Of a stretch of DNA of 36,924 nucleotides, positions 36,492-36,924 are shown piece by piece; position 1 is the stretch's first letter; every line of letters starts with the position of its first letter. The translations under genes and the position numbers were made by a program. This stretch comes from Priapulus caudatus (Eukaryota), in NCBI RefSeq assembly GCF_000485595.1, contig NW_014577066.1, positions 297,337 to 334,260 of the forward strand. The letters are read 5' to 3'. The notes below the pieces were generated by a model. That model was not told the origin of the DNA and made no database searches. It saw only the letters and a list, made by a program, of their open reading frames with translations.

Positions 36492-36924
36492 ACTAGAGCA
36501 CTCGGAGAGCGCAGACCTCCGCCAAGGCAGCTCAATTCTCTCACTGTGAAAATGTTAATTAATTAATTAATTAAATAATTAATTGGATCCGGATCACCAC
36601 CAAAATGTAATCAATTCTAAGTTACCCCATTTCTGACCTTTACTAAAAATTTTATTAATTAATTAATTGGATCCGGATCACCAGCAAAATGTAATCAATT
36701 CTAAGTTACCCCATTTCTGACCTATCCTGAAAATTTAATTCATTAATTAATTAATTGGATCCGGATCACCACGAAAATCTAATCAATTTTAAGCCCATTT
36801 CTGACCTATCCTGAAAATTTTATGAAATCTGTCCATAACTTTTTCAGTTAGGCTGTACACAAAACAAACCAACGCACAACCCCACAAACCAACAAACCCA
36901 CGCCGGTGAAAACATAACCTCCTG
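36492..36924. mobile_element. Helentron-associated non-autonomous element (HINE/DINE-1-like) with internal ~85-bp tandem repeats, running off the window end
   Basis: Starts actagagcactcggagagcgcagacctccgccaagg. It has three ttaattggatccggatcacca.caaaat.taatcaatt units and a simple-repeat tract, and ends gaaaacataacctcct, the start of the usual terminal stem complementary to cctccgccaagg. Confidence 0.7.

Overview
This is eukaryotic (invertebrate-like metazoan) genomic DNA with spliceosomal GT-AG introns, so most entries in the six-frame ORF track are spurious. Splicing exons by hand gives four genes: DDRGK1 (+, ~2060-4968), KCTD9 (-, ~8327-13072), PTCD3/MRPS39 (+, 21 exons, ~16517-29619, 663 aa using the clean exon 1 copy at 772-848), and the 3' PH-domain end of a DAPP1-like gene (-, ~33573-35461). 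KCTD9 and PTCD3 are head-to-head and probably share a promoter. Bases 1-~975 are a clean duplicate of ~15200-16755. Sequence from ~1310 to ~18700 is indel-rich, which looks like unpolished long-read fill and would explain the frameshifts in DDRGK1 and KCTD9. The rest is dense in non-autonomous DNA transposons (5-, 7- and 8-bp TSDs, several nested), LINE fragments, a SINE head, a Helentron-type element and minisatellites. The most unusual items are a 33-bp palindromic micro-transposon with a 7-bp TSD, found twice and each time inside another MITE; a 25-bp satellite that appears to be an amplified arm of a hairpin; and a 35-bp tandem array of CTCF-like motifs. I see no CRISPR array or prokaryotic system, and I cannot claim a new biological system from the sequence alone.
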